Virus record (IMG/VR): IMGVR_UViG_3300043446_005562
Location: 186,001 to 250,000 of that record
Reading direction: 5' to 3' (one strand)
Length of the DNA stretch: 64,000 bases
This document shows, piece by piece, positions 29,027-37,595 of this stretch (the stretch's first letter is position 1; every line of letters starts with the position of its first letter). The translations under genes and the position numbers were made by a program. A model generated the notes under the pieces. That model made no database searches and was not told the origin of the DNA. It worked only from the letters and a program-made list of their open reading frames with translations.

Positions 29027-29739
29027 TATTTCCAGTAGTTTTGGTCCTTGTAAAAATAGGATTCGTTATTGCGATTAAGCCAATTTCTAAAAACCAGGCC
29101 TATCATTTTAAAGTACCCGTATCTTTTAAACCTTCGATTATCCTGCGTAATTAAATCCGGTACGAGCTTGAATTTTTTTGGCTTGATCTTTCGACTTAGC
29201 AGCCAATCTTCGCTTTGATGAGCGGCTTCGTCAAATCCTCCAAGTTCTAAAAATATGAGTCGCCTAACGAGTATAAAACCGCCTATTGCAAACGGTTTCG
29301 TTTTGGAAAGGTACCATGTGACTAGTCGATTAATGCTAAATATTAATTTAGCTCGAATGTCAAACTCACCACGATATTTTGGACAAGTTCCAATCATTGC
29401 CAAATTTTCATTCATTAAGCAGGTTAGCGCTCGTGAGACGACCGTTTTATCAGTAAATGTAATATCCGCATCAATGAACAGCAGATATGGTGTGGTAGCG
29501 AGGTCCGCGCCGGCATTACGGCCAACCGCCGGTAATCCTCCCTTAACTATCTCAACTCTTAGATCAAGTTGCTTCTTTAACTTTTCAATGATGCTGAGGG
29601 TTGAGTCAACTGAGCCAGCGTCCGCAATTATTATTCTCACGCCTTCCGTACCAAGCTGTCTTTTAATATGTCGAAGAGTTCTGCCAATATAGAGCTCTTC
29701 GTTGTAGCATGGAATGACGATTGTGAGCAGATCCTGCAT
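29026..29739 (-). CDS. GT2-family glycosyltransferase
   Basis: IVIPCYNEE, DAGSVD, GRNAGA, FIDAD, EDW. Confidence 0.9.
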   Translation of the reverse strand: MQDLLTIVIPCYNEELYIGRTLRHIKRQLGTEGVRIIIADAGSVDSTLSIIEKLKKQLDLRVEIVKGGLPAVGRNAGADLATTPYLLFIDADITFTDKTVVSRALTCLMNENLAMIGTCPKYRGEFDIRAKLIFSINRLVTWYLSKTKPFAIGGFILVRRLIFLELGGFDEAAHQSEDWLLSRKIKPKKFKLVPDLITQDNRRFKRYGYFKMIGLVFRNWLNRNNESYFYKDQNYWK

Positions 29740-30434
29740 TAGATGAATAGGGTTAATTTTTGAGAATTTAGATTAAATCCAGAAGTTTCGTATATTACGT
29801 ACGAAGTATTTTCAATCCAGTCACCGGTATTTAGATAGCGAACTCCATCGATCTGTTTGTCGGCCGGCGTATGAATGTGACCGCAGATAACCGTATGACA
29901 ATTTCTCTTTTTTGCTTGCCTTACCATTTCATTTTCAAAGTCGGTCATGAAAGAGATAGCCGCTTTGACATTATCCTTTAGGTATTTGGATAGGCTTGTC
30001 TTTTTATTAAACTTCTTTAGTAGTCTATCGATTACTATTGCTAAATCGTAACCGATTGAGCCAAGCATGCCTAACCAGTGCATCTTTACAATACCATCAT
30101 AGCGATCACCATGACAAAACCAGATACCGGCCTCACAAAATTCGTCAACTACCTTTATTCCACCTATCGTAACTGGTAAATATTCTCTAAGAAATTCATC
30201 GTGATTGCCAGCGATCCAGATAACCTCATGCTCCTTTGAGACCTTTAATAACTTTCTAATGAGGCGAGTGTGTTCAACCGAAAATTTCTTGTACTTTTTA
30301 AACAACCAACCGTCAATTATATCGCCGACCAGAATCAATCGGTCGAATTCGGTATTTTTTAGTAGTGCTATTACACCCTCGGTATTACAACCTTTAGAGC
30401 CAATGTGAACGTCCGATATTACTAGAGTTTTCAT
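29739..30434 (-). CDS. UDP-2,3-diacylglucosamine diphosphatase-like metallophosphoesterase (LpxH-like)
   Basis: ISDVHIG, VGDIIDGW, AGNHD, HGDRYD, CGHIH, NTGDW. Confidence 0.8.
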   Translation of the reverse strand: MKTLVISDVHIGSKGCNTEGVIALLKNTEFDRLILVGDIIDGWLFKKYKKFSVEHTRLIRKLLKVSKEHEVIWIAGNHDEFLREYLPVTIGGIKVVDEFCEAGIWFCHGDRYDGIVKMHWLGMLGSIGYDLAIVIDRLLKKFNKKTSLSKYLKDNVKAAISFMTDFENEMVRQAKKRNCHTVICGHIHTPADKQIDGVRYLNTGDWIENTSYVIYETSGFNLNSQKLTLFI

Positions 30435-30436
30435 AA

Positions 30437-30935
30437 TTAATCCTTTTCCCAGCCTTCCTCGGCATGGTCATATTCACAGCAGGGAAACTGTCGACCCTTA
30501 TCGTCAACGTGAGTCCAAACCTTGCCTTCCTTAATCCATACCCAAGGTTCATCCGATTTTCCCGGAAGTTCAGGTCTTTCTAAAGGCGGATGATAGGCAT
30601 TTACGTCAGTGTGTCTGTGATTACATTCACAACCTCTTGGAACGCAATCATCACAAGAATAGTCGTTCTCTTTGCTTGAATATCCGGGCAAGTAAACCCA
30701 GGTTGCGATCTTACCGCAATCGCATAATTCTTTACCAGCTATCAACATCAGTTAAATCTATTTCAGTTCCAGTTAAATGACTAAAGAGACGTAATTCACT
30801 ACCAATTCCATTCGGTGTACATTTCCAAGTAAGTAGCCCAACCTCACCATATATAGCCTTAATATGACTAATCCATTTATCAAACTTCTTCTGCTGCTTG
30901 TCATTTAATTCTATAATTATTTGTTTATTTGCCAT
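30437..30935 (-). other. Two small hypothetical CDSs (30437-30748 Cys-rich; 30732-30935)
   Basis: Tightly packed ORFs. Confidence 0.6.
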
Positions 30936-30952
30936 TGCATGTATTTAAAAAG

Positions 30953-31059
30953 TAGTCGGTCCGGGACTCGAACCCGTATGCTGTTGCCAGCGGGGACTTG
31001 TACAATCCCTGTGTCTGTCCATCGGCAGTTGTACACCTGCTCGCTTTCACCACCCGACT
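30953..31059 (-). ncRNA. Aberrant tRNA-like RNA (Leu-type scaffold, hairpin inserted in D-loop)
   Basis: AGTCGG/CCGACT acceptor, TTCGAGT T-loop, long variable arm, GGGAT-TGTACAA-GTCCC arm. Confidence 0.7.
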
Positions 31060-31065
31060 GAAAAA

Positions 31066-31142
31066 TGGAAGAGGGGGGAATCCAACCCACCGTCACGGCC
31101 GTTAGGGCTTGCTCTCATGTAGTGTCACTGAGCTACTCTTCC
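31066..31142 (-). ncRNA. Aberrant tRNA-like RNA with truncated anticodon arm
   Basis: Perfect GGAAGAG/CTCTTCC acceptor, GCTC/GAGC D-stem, TTGGATT T-loop, GCC-CTAAC-GGC arm. Confidence 0.6.
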
Positions 31143-31146
31143 CTTG

Positions 31147-31224
31147 TACCCTCTGAGAGACTCGAACTCTCACCCGAAGACTAGATCCTAAGTCTAGCGC
31201 GTCTACCAATTCCGCCAAGAGGGC
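31147..31224 (-). tRNA. tRNA-Leu(UAG)
   Basis: CTAGA-CTTAGGA-TCTAG, type II. Confidence 0.95.
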
Positions 31225-31235
31225 ATTCTATGAAA

Positions 31236-31661
31236 TTAATCGATTAGTGTTTCCATTTTAAAAGTTACAATCCACCTAGCGCAATCTTGAGGTAGTCGAT
31301 TAATGTGTTTGTAATTATTGATGTATCCCATCATGTTTGCAGACCCAATCGCATTTGCTGAATGTACCATCACTTTACAAACTGGGGCTCCATTCATCCA
31401 TTGCTCTACTAACCACTTTGTACAATCCATTCCTGTTTTTTCAGTAATGTTGTCGTAGTTAAGAGTGTAGTTATGATACACGTTGGTGTGCCATTCTTTC
31501 ATGGCTGAGTCACCTAAGTCGTGATCTAAGCTAATAAGAGCAATGTTCTCTAATCCAATTTCAGTTACCTTAGCTACAAACTCTTCGTAGTTACGTACTA
31601 CTGTCCAATCTTCTTTATTGATTGGAGTTCTTACGTCGTCTAGGTAAATATTGTATTTCAT
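31236..31661 (-). CDS. Cyclic-phosphate-processing receiver-like domain protein
   Basis: IYLDDVRTP, ISLDHDLG, TGMDC, VHSANAIG. Confidence 0.7.
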   Translation of the reverse strand: MKYNIYLDDVRTPINKEDWTVVRNYEEFVAKVTEIGLENIALISLDHDLGDSAMKEWHTNVYHNYTLNYDNITEKTGMDCTKWLVEQWMNGAPVCKVMVHSANAIGSANMMGYINNYKHINRLPQDCARWIVTFKMETLID

Positions 31662-31667
31662 GTAGCT

Positions 31668-31675
31668 ATTATACT
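31668..31675 (-). promoter_or_regulatory. Recurrent (A/G)GTATAAT promoter-like motif
   Basis: Same motif upstream of minus-strand units at 23265, 34178, 37047, 38683, 42799 and 62740 (GGTATAAT at 39169 and 50317). Confidence 0.65.
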
Positions 31676-31697
31676 AAGTTAAATCAGCTAGGGTTTA

Positions 31698-32777
31698 CTA
31701 GTCTCCGCCTTTTAGCAAAAATTTATTTGAGATTACCTTAAACGAAATTGATCTAACCATATTTCGGATTACCAAACCTTCACGCTCCGTACTTTCACAC
31801 AGGGCAGATTTGCCCTCGGCGAACTGCAACAGCTCTTCAATTGTATTGGGCAGTAGAAAATGATTATGAAGCATGGGTACCGTTTCAAGGCCCAATTCAT
31901 TGATCGTTTTTTCCAATTGGGCTTTAATGTAGTACTGATGTTCGTCGATATCGAAGATATTAAAGAACTTCAGAGTTTGACCCTTCAGCCTGTATGGATT
32001 GCCCTGAATTCCTTCACCGATAATCTCTCCTTGAAAGGAAACATTTTTACCAAGACTACGCATCTTTGTCTCAAGATCCAATTCTCTGGCAACCTTCCAC
32101 ATTGTGTTGTCTTCAGTCTCAAGCAGCTCAAGATTTCTAGAACAGATGCCAAATTCGCCATCCTTTACGTAGGCTGTGAAAGAGGATCCATCTAGCTTTT
32201 CAGTAACATAGAAGGAGGTTTTTGTGTAGCCCTCATACTCGTTGGTCAAGTTCTGCACTCGCTCTTCATCTGTTTTTGGAATGAACGATGGAAAAAGACC
32301 CTTGGCCACACCAGCTAATGAAGCCGGTACCGGCGGTTCATACTTAATGATTCCCAAGTGTTTACTTACATCCAATCCTTCTTCAATCACCAGCGCATCA
32401 TCGTAAGGCCCCAGTTGTAGCTGCTCTCCCCATGGCTGTTCACTGACTCCAACGACCATTTCCTCAGCACAGTTTAGAGTTTCAAGCGGTAGGACTAGAC
32501 CTTGCGATACTTGGCCTCTGAGCTTAATCGTCTTTAATCGAAAGCCTTCAGAGCCGTCCGCTAATTTTCGATAGGAACTCTTACGTAAGAACTCAAACTC
32601 CTCCTTTATTGGCAGGAACGAGTCAATTTCGCAATAGATGCACAGATCTCCCGGTTTGTACTCGCCCTTTTTGCAAACGACGTTCCAGTTATTGATCTGT
32701 ACGACTTCAATCACGTCAGCTCCTTCGATCGGTCTAACGTCTCTGACTCTTTGAATACTTGCTAATTTTCTTTCCAT
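31698..32777 (-). CDS. RNA ligase, DRB0094 family
   Basis: RKLASIQ, YCEIDS, IKLRGQVSQG, PKTDEERVQN, TEKLDGSS, QGEIIGEGIQGN, EGLV, FKVISN. Confidence 0.9.
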   Translation of the reverse strand: MERKLASIQRVRDVRPIEGADVIEVVQINNWNVVCKKGEYKPGDLCIYCEIDSFLPIKEEFEFLRKSSYRKLADGSEGFRLKTIKLRGQVSQGLVLPLETLNCAEEMVVGVSEQPWGEQLQLGPYDDALVIEEGLDVSKHLGIIKYEPPVPASLAGVAKGLFPSFIPKTDEERVQNLTNEYEGYTKTSFYVTEKLDGSSFTAYVKDGEFGICSRNLELLETEDNTMWKVARELDLETKMRSLGKNVSFQGEIIGEGIQGNPYRLKGQTLKFFNIFDIDEHQYYIKAQLEKTINELGLETVPMLHNHFLLPNTIEELLQFAEGKSALCESTEREGLVIRNMVRSISFKVISNKFLLKGGD

Positions 32778-32779
32778 TT

Positions 32780-33324
32780 TTATTCTTTGTATATTTCGGC
32801 AAGTTTGCGTTCTATTTCATAACACTTTTCGGATGGAACTCCATCTGCGTAAAATCTAAATGAATTGAACTTGCTCTTGATTTGACTGAACTTAAAATCC
32901 GGTAATTTGCTTAGGCTCTCAAACTCCGCGTCTAAATACTCAATTACTTCCGGTTTATCTAGTGCAAGCCCATAGTGGCCCTTTTTTAAAAAGGCACCCC
33001 ACTTTTTGTTAAACTCATCAGAGGTTGTAGGTTTCATATATCGTTTTTAATAATTTAATTGTACTAAAAAGGCAGTGGTCGGGTTTCCCAATCCGAGTAA
33101 GAGGTCCATTCGACAAGATCGTCAACTTGACCCTCTTCGATCACATGAGCGACCATAATCTCCTGCTTCTCATTCTTTCCGACTGCGACCATTCTGCAGC
33201 CTTCACATAGAACAGGCATGTAAGTATTTGGTTCAAGGGACTCAGCTATTTTCTGAACGTCTATTTCCGGTTCAAAATCTTCGCCCCACATTTCGGTTGC
33301 GCATCGATTACAAAAGTCTGCCAT
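32780..33324 (-). other. Two small hypothetical CDSs (32780-33037; 33064-33324 with CxxC pairs)
   Basis: Co-directional ORFs. Confidence 0.6.
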
Positions 33325-33325
33325 A

Positions 33326-33829
33326 TTATTGTCTGTTTAAAATTTTAAGAGCGTAGCCGTTGATCATAGGTCTGCCTGTGTTATAACAGCCCAGCACCAG
33401 ACCCCAATCGCCGTACTTTTTATAGAGGTTTGAGAGCAGCTTCATTGAGATCTTTACATTTAATTCCAAGTCGTTTAATAGCTGCTTTGAAGTAATTTGT
33501 TTGCCCCAAGTTGCGGTTGCGGTCGGCACCTGAATCTGCATTGCACCGTAGGCATGAGCTGAAGACACAAGTTTTGGATTGTATCCCCAGTCGAATGGGC
33601 CGTGATAGCCGCTTTCAGTTTCAGCAACGCCCATCGCAATGTTGAAGGGTACGTTGTACTGCTTTGAGTAGGTCTGCAGATAATCGTACAGCCTAATACA
33701 AGGTGGCGCTTTTTTTAGTGAAACTTTGGAGAGATCTAGGGTTCTATCCCCGTGCTTAGCTGTTTCGTAAGACCAGGCTGCGCCAAATAATAACAGCACT
33801 CCAAAGATTAGAGTTGATCTTAGTGACAT
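33326..33829 (-). CDS. Lytic transglycosylase (SLT domain) with signal/TM segment
   Basis: AETESG, GAMQI, LGCYNTG. Confidence 0.8.
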   Translation of the reverse strand: MSLRSTLIFGVLLLFGAAWSYETAKHGDRTLDLSKVSLKKAPPCIRLYDYLQTYSKQYNVPFNIAMGVAETESGYHGPFDWGYNPKLVSSAHAYGAMQIQVPTATATWGKQITSKQLLNDLELNVKISMKLLSNLYKKYGDWGLVLGCYNTGRPMINGYALKILNRQ

Positions 33830-34152
33830 TACTTCGCGATTTGGTCATACTTCCTAGAAGCATAAAGGTTAAAAATCATTAGTCCTACCGAATCTTGATA
33901 CACGGTGTAGGTACCGTCCGCTCTATCGATTACAAGAAGTTCATTGCGCTCGTTGATCGCAACTGAGGTTGTGGATAGAGGTTTTGTATTCTTAAGTGGG
34001 GATTTCTTTGCGTGACTCATCATTACCCAATAGTAATAGCCAATAAAGAATCCAGTTATCATTGCGACCGCAACAATAAGCAGATTACCAAGTTTCTTTG
34101 CAAAGACGTTTAAACGAGCCAATGCATTCGTGATCATGAGTTTCTTGTCCAT
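33829..34152 (-). CDS. Single-TM hypothetical protein
   Basis: LLIVAVAMITGFFIGYYYW. Confidence 0.6.
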   Translation of the reverse strand: MDKKLMITNALARLNVFAKKLGNLLIVAVAMITGFFIGYYYWVMMSHAKKSPLKNTKPLSTTSVAINERNELLVIDRADGTYTVYQDSVGLMIFNLYASRKYDQIAK

Positions 34153-34208
34153 AACTTTGTTTTATAGGTTTAAAACTATTATACTAAAAAATGGGGCGAG
34201 CGGTCTTT

Positions 34209-34589
34209 TTAGTATTCTTTTGGACTTTCGATGTCCTTTAAGTCTGGAAATTTAGTGTACAGTTTATGATAGATTCTGTCAAATCTGCGATCCTGATCCC
34301 GTTGAAATCGATCGCCCGCTTCAAATACATTGCGCTGAATGTTTGATTGTTCTTCTCGAATGGATCTAAATTCCCATTCAAGATTCTTTCGAATCTCTTC
34401 AGTGTTCTCTTCCAATCTTCGATAAAGATCTTCCCGAACTGAATGAAGTGTGTTAGCAAGACCTGTTAGATCATTACTTAATTGATTGTTGATTGCTTGT
34501 GCCTTACGTAACCCCAACCCAATCCATCCAAGATAGATTACGGCCAAAGTGCCTAGTACGCTCAACACGACAGTTGAAATTATTGTCAT
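34209..34589 (-). CDS. N-terminal TM plus coiled-coil protein flanked by a 10-bp inverted repeat
   Basis: Hydrophobic N-terminus; TGGGGCGAGC/GCTCGCCCCA at 34192-34201 and 34610-34619. Confidence 0.6.
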   Translation of the reverse strand: MTIISTVVLSVLGTLAVIYLGWIGLGLRKAQAINNQLSNDLTGLANTLHSVREDLYRRLEENTEEIRKNLEWEFRSIREEQSNIQRNVFEAGDRFQRDQDRRFDRIYHKLYTKFPDLKDIESPKEY

Positions 34590-34651
34590 ATATTTAGGGT
34601 GTTTTTAGTGCTCGCCCCAAATATTTTACTCTATCGTAAACTTAGGTTTTG

Positions 34652-35506
34652 TTAAAAGCCGTTGGTTGAAGTGTTATAAAAAACTTTACCAGTCACGTCG
34701 GTCGTCTTGGTGATGGTCGGCGTTGAATAGTTAAAGGTTAATACATCACCGCCTGTGTTCTCTCCGAATTGAATTCTAATTGGATAATAAGTGCCGGACG
34801 TTAAAGCAACTGAGCCGGATCTTTCAACCGTTCCATGGAGTCCTCCATTATTCACAGTTGCATTGCCTGTGGTAAAGCCGCTAATTGCATTACTTCCAAC
34901 CCAAACATAGGAAGCATCATCGCTTGATGTGTAAAAGGTATAGGTTTCAGTCGTAGTTGGTTTAAAATAACCCAACCATTGACAACTAAATACTTCTCCA
35001 TCATTTGAGGATGGTTCGGAAATCACTGTAGTTTGAACTGATGTTGCCGGGTTAGCACCGAATGTCGTTGGCGTAGCGGTCGCAAAAAAGCTTACGTTAT
35101 CACTAAAATATCCAGAATAGGTTGTTTTGTAGAGACCCGCTGCATACGGTACAAATGTTGTAAAATAATTATTGGTATTCAACCAATCATACGCCAATTG
35201 AGCTGTTGCAAAGGGTCCACTTGCGCCAGCAACAGCATTTGCAATACTTAAAAAACTTGCATCTGTCAAGCTACTCGATCTCCAAAAACCAACGGTTCCG
35301 TTGTTCAGGCCGTTTGGTGTGGGCTGATTTGCTGCAGCAACGTCCTTTGCGATAATATAGCCCAGTGATTCGTCTGGACCCATCCACCAGGTAAGACCGG
35401 TCGCGCCAAAGCCGGCGCTTGGGGTACCGTATGCCAGGTTTCCAAGCTGGGTTGTTCCGCCGATTGCGGCGCCAGTATTACGAGTGAAGGGTCGTGATGT
35501 TGCCAT
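34652..35506 (-). CDS. PA14/GLEYA-domain protein (putative virion or surface carbohydrate-binding protein)
   Basis: WLGYFKP...YTFYTSSDDASYVWVG...GTYYPIRIQFGENTGG; AATAAATA upstream. Confidence 0.75.
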   Translation of the reverse strand: MATSRPFTRNTGAAIGGTTQLGNLAYGTPSAGFGATGLTWWMGPDESLGYIIAKDVAAANQPTPNGLNNGTVGFWRSSSLTDASFLSIANAVAGASGPFATAQLAYDWLNTNNYFTTFVPYAAGLYKTTYSGYFSDNVSFFATATPTTFGANPATSVQTTVISEPSSNDGEVFSCQWLGYFKPTTTETYTFYTSSDDASYVWVGSNAISGFTTGNATVNNGGLHGTVERSGSVALTSGTYYPIRIQFGENTGGDVLTFNYSTPTITKTTDVTGKVFYNTSTNGF

Positions 35507-35531
35507 CCAGTAACTAGATCTTTCTAGTTAT

Positions 35532-36623
35532 TTATTCTTCTTGATTCCAGAAAGGTTTTTGATAATCTGGTCGAATCTGCTTCCAGATCTGCTGACTGGG
35601 ATCCCGACCGTTCAGCAAGCAGAATAGGGTGCTCCAAGCGGTTTGCGGAACATTTTCTTGAATCCACAAGGCCTCGTCCTTTCTGGTCTTGAAACCCTGT
35701 TCAGATAATTGATTTAGATAATTTTGCGCAGACCTCATTCGCATGACATGTGCAACTTTTAGGGCAGCCTCCCACTGTCTAACCCATGCATCAAATTCAT
35801 CGGGCACCATCTCTAAAAATTGATCAAGTTCTTCGCCCCGGCTCAGGTGCTCCCAAATATCGACATTAGAAAAATTGGTCAAGAGCCGGTGCAATCGAAC
35901 GTATTCTTCGAATTTAATCTTCATTCTAAAATTTCCGGGCTGGAATCTTAGAACAAAACCTTCAGCCTTTCTAGTATTCATGGCCTTTAGGCTTTCATAG
36001 AGTTCAGGACTAAAATTAAAATGTTGCTCAGTTTTTACCAGATCAGATTTGCTAATTCCGTTTGACCTAAAAAAAGCGCACGCGGTTGTCCAGTGCAATT
36101 CAGTACCCTCAGAGATGGCGCTCAGAAAAACCACCCTGGGCTTGGAACCGTAATCAACAACTATACGATTCTTGGGATAGATGATTTCGCACAAGTAGGT
36201 TACTCGACGCTCAAATTGACGTAGTCCAAAATATTTCTCTTTTAGAATTTTTAAACCCTCAACTGCCTGATCCGAATGAAATGAACCTCGAGTGGCCATG
36301 TGCCAGGCGTCAGCATAATAGAATAGAATTCCCAATGAGCCGTCCATTTTTTGCTGCACATAAACGTAATCACCTTTGACTGGAATTTGACCAGTCTGCG
36401 CAGCCTCCTCGTAATTAAAGAATTTATTGAAACCCCTAGCCACAATCTCGCCTGAATCATCCATGATGAGACCTCGACACTGTAGAGTCACTTCATCCCA
36501 TGCCGAATCGTATTGGCATTTTCTAGAGTAATTGTAAATTGTCAACGGTAATTTGTTATGCCGATTGGCAACGACCAATCCACGGTTGACGTAATCCTTT
36601 AAGATAGTTTGAGTTAGGGTCAT
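35532..36623 (-). CDS. T4 Rnl1-like RNA ligase
   Basis: IYNYS, CRGLI, RGFNKFFN, QKMDGSLG, ATRGSF, EII, EGFV, KIKFEEY. Confidence 0.9.
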   Translation of the reverse strand: MTLTQTILKDYVNRGLVVANRHNKLPLTIYNYSRKCQYDSAWDEVTLQCRGLIMDDSGEIVARGFNKFFNYEEAAQTGQIPVKGDYVYVQQKMDGSLGILFYYADAWHMATRGSFHSDQAVEGLKILKEKYFGLRQFERRVTYLCEIIYPKNRIVVDYGSKPRVVFLSAISEGTELHWTTACAFFRSNGISKSDLVKTEQHFNFSPELYESLKAMNTRKAEGFVLRFQPGNFRMKIKFEEYVRLHRLLTNFSNVDIWEHLSRGEELDQFLEMVPDEFDAWVRQWEAALKVAHVMRMRSAQNYLNQLSEQGFKTRKDEALWIQENVPQTAWSTLFCLLNGRDPSQQIWKQIRPDYQKPFWNQEE

Positions 36624-37028
36624 TTATAATTTAATTTCAAAACGAGCTCTCATCTGCTCTACTTTTTCAGCCGGCACTCCATGAGAATTAATGCCACCGT
36701 GCCTATTTTCAACAATGATTGAGAAAACTCGATAGTTCCATTCCTTTGCTAAATCGTAATAGGCTTGCATTTCCCACTCTTGAGTAAATGTATTCGAGAC
36801 CACAATCACGGAATTTTGACCGGTTGTGTGATTTAGTATCATGGCGGTTTCCACATCACCATAACACCACTGATGAGCCTCCTTTAATTTAGAGGCATCG
36901 AATCGATATTCGCTATTCTCATCCAAGAAAAATCTGTCTGTTTCAAAATGAGAACCTCCAAGCTCTTTAGCTAGTGTTGATTTGCCCGCACCCGGCAAAC
37001 CTCGTAAAAGAAATAGTGTCTTTGTCAT
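36624..37028 (-). CDS. Polynucleotide 5'-kinase-like P-loop protein (AAA_33), no phosphatase domain
   Basis: RGLPGAGKST, ETDRFF, VSNTF, HGVP. Confidence 0.8.
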   Translation of the reverse strand: MTKTLFLLRGLPGAGKSTLAKELGGSHFETDRFFLDENSEYRFDASKLKEAHQWCYGDVETAMILNHTTGQNSVIVVSNTFTQEWEMQAYYDLAKEWNYRVFSIIVENRHGGINSHGVPAEKVEQMRARFEIKL

Positions 37029-37059
37029 GCTATTTTAGTTAATGATATTATACTAAAAG

Positions 37060-37141
37060 TGGGAGTAGGTGGACTCGAACCACCGAACTCAGAAGAGGAG
37101 GGATTTACAGTCCCTTGCAATTGCCGCTATGCGATACTCCC
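37060..37141 (-). tRNA. tRNA-Tyr(GUA)
   Basis: AGGGA-CTGTAAA-TCCCT, type II. Confidence 0.95.
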
Positions 37142-37281
37142 AAAATAAGGAAAGGGGAAGATGGTTGTGTGGACGACCCCTTTTACGATTGGCTTTACTC
37201 TGCTAATGATCTGCCAACTCCGATGCTGCCAGTCGACCATTAGTCTCAAACTATTGACAGCTCATTCCCCAATCAACCTTG

Positions 37282-37356
37282 TCGGGGTGGCAGGATTCGA
37301 ACCTACGACCTCCTGCTCCCAAAGCAGGCGCGATAACCGGACTACGCTACACCCCG
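37282..37356 (-). tRNA. tRNA-Pro(UGG)
   Basis: CCTGC-TTTGGGA-GCAGG. Confidence 0.95.
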
Positions 37357-37438
37357 AAAATCAATACGCTTTCGCCCCCTGTATGGCGTATTACTGATGC
37401 TTAAGGTCGGCCTTAACCGTTAAGGGAGCCACCAGTTG

Positions 37439-37511
37439 AGCGGATGGCGAGAATCGAACTCGCATCTCCAGCTTGGAAGGCTGGAGTAATAAGCCATTAT
37501 ACGACATCCGC
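37439..37511 (-). tRNA. tRNA-Gly(UCC)
   Basis: CCAGC-CTTCCAA-GCTGG, U73. Confidence 0.95.
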
Positions 37512-37518
37512 TTATTTG

Positions 37519-37591
37519 AGCGGGAGACCGGGTTCGAACCGGCGACCTCAACCTTGGCAAGGTTGCGCTCTACCAACTGAGCTACTCCCGC
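37519..37591 (-). tRNA. tRNA-Gly(GCC)
   Basis: CAACC-TTGCCAA-GGTTG, U73. Confidence 0.95.
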
Positions 37592-37595
37592 AATT

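Noticed and set aside
31066-31142. Amber suppressor tRNA or alternative genetic code (CUA readable in the loop)
   Set aside because: The arm geometry is not tRNA-like, long ORFs are intact in code 11, and TAG serves as stop in tightly packed genes (for example 22735, 31698, 33064)
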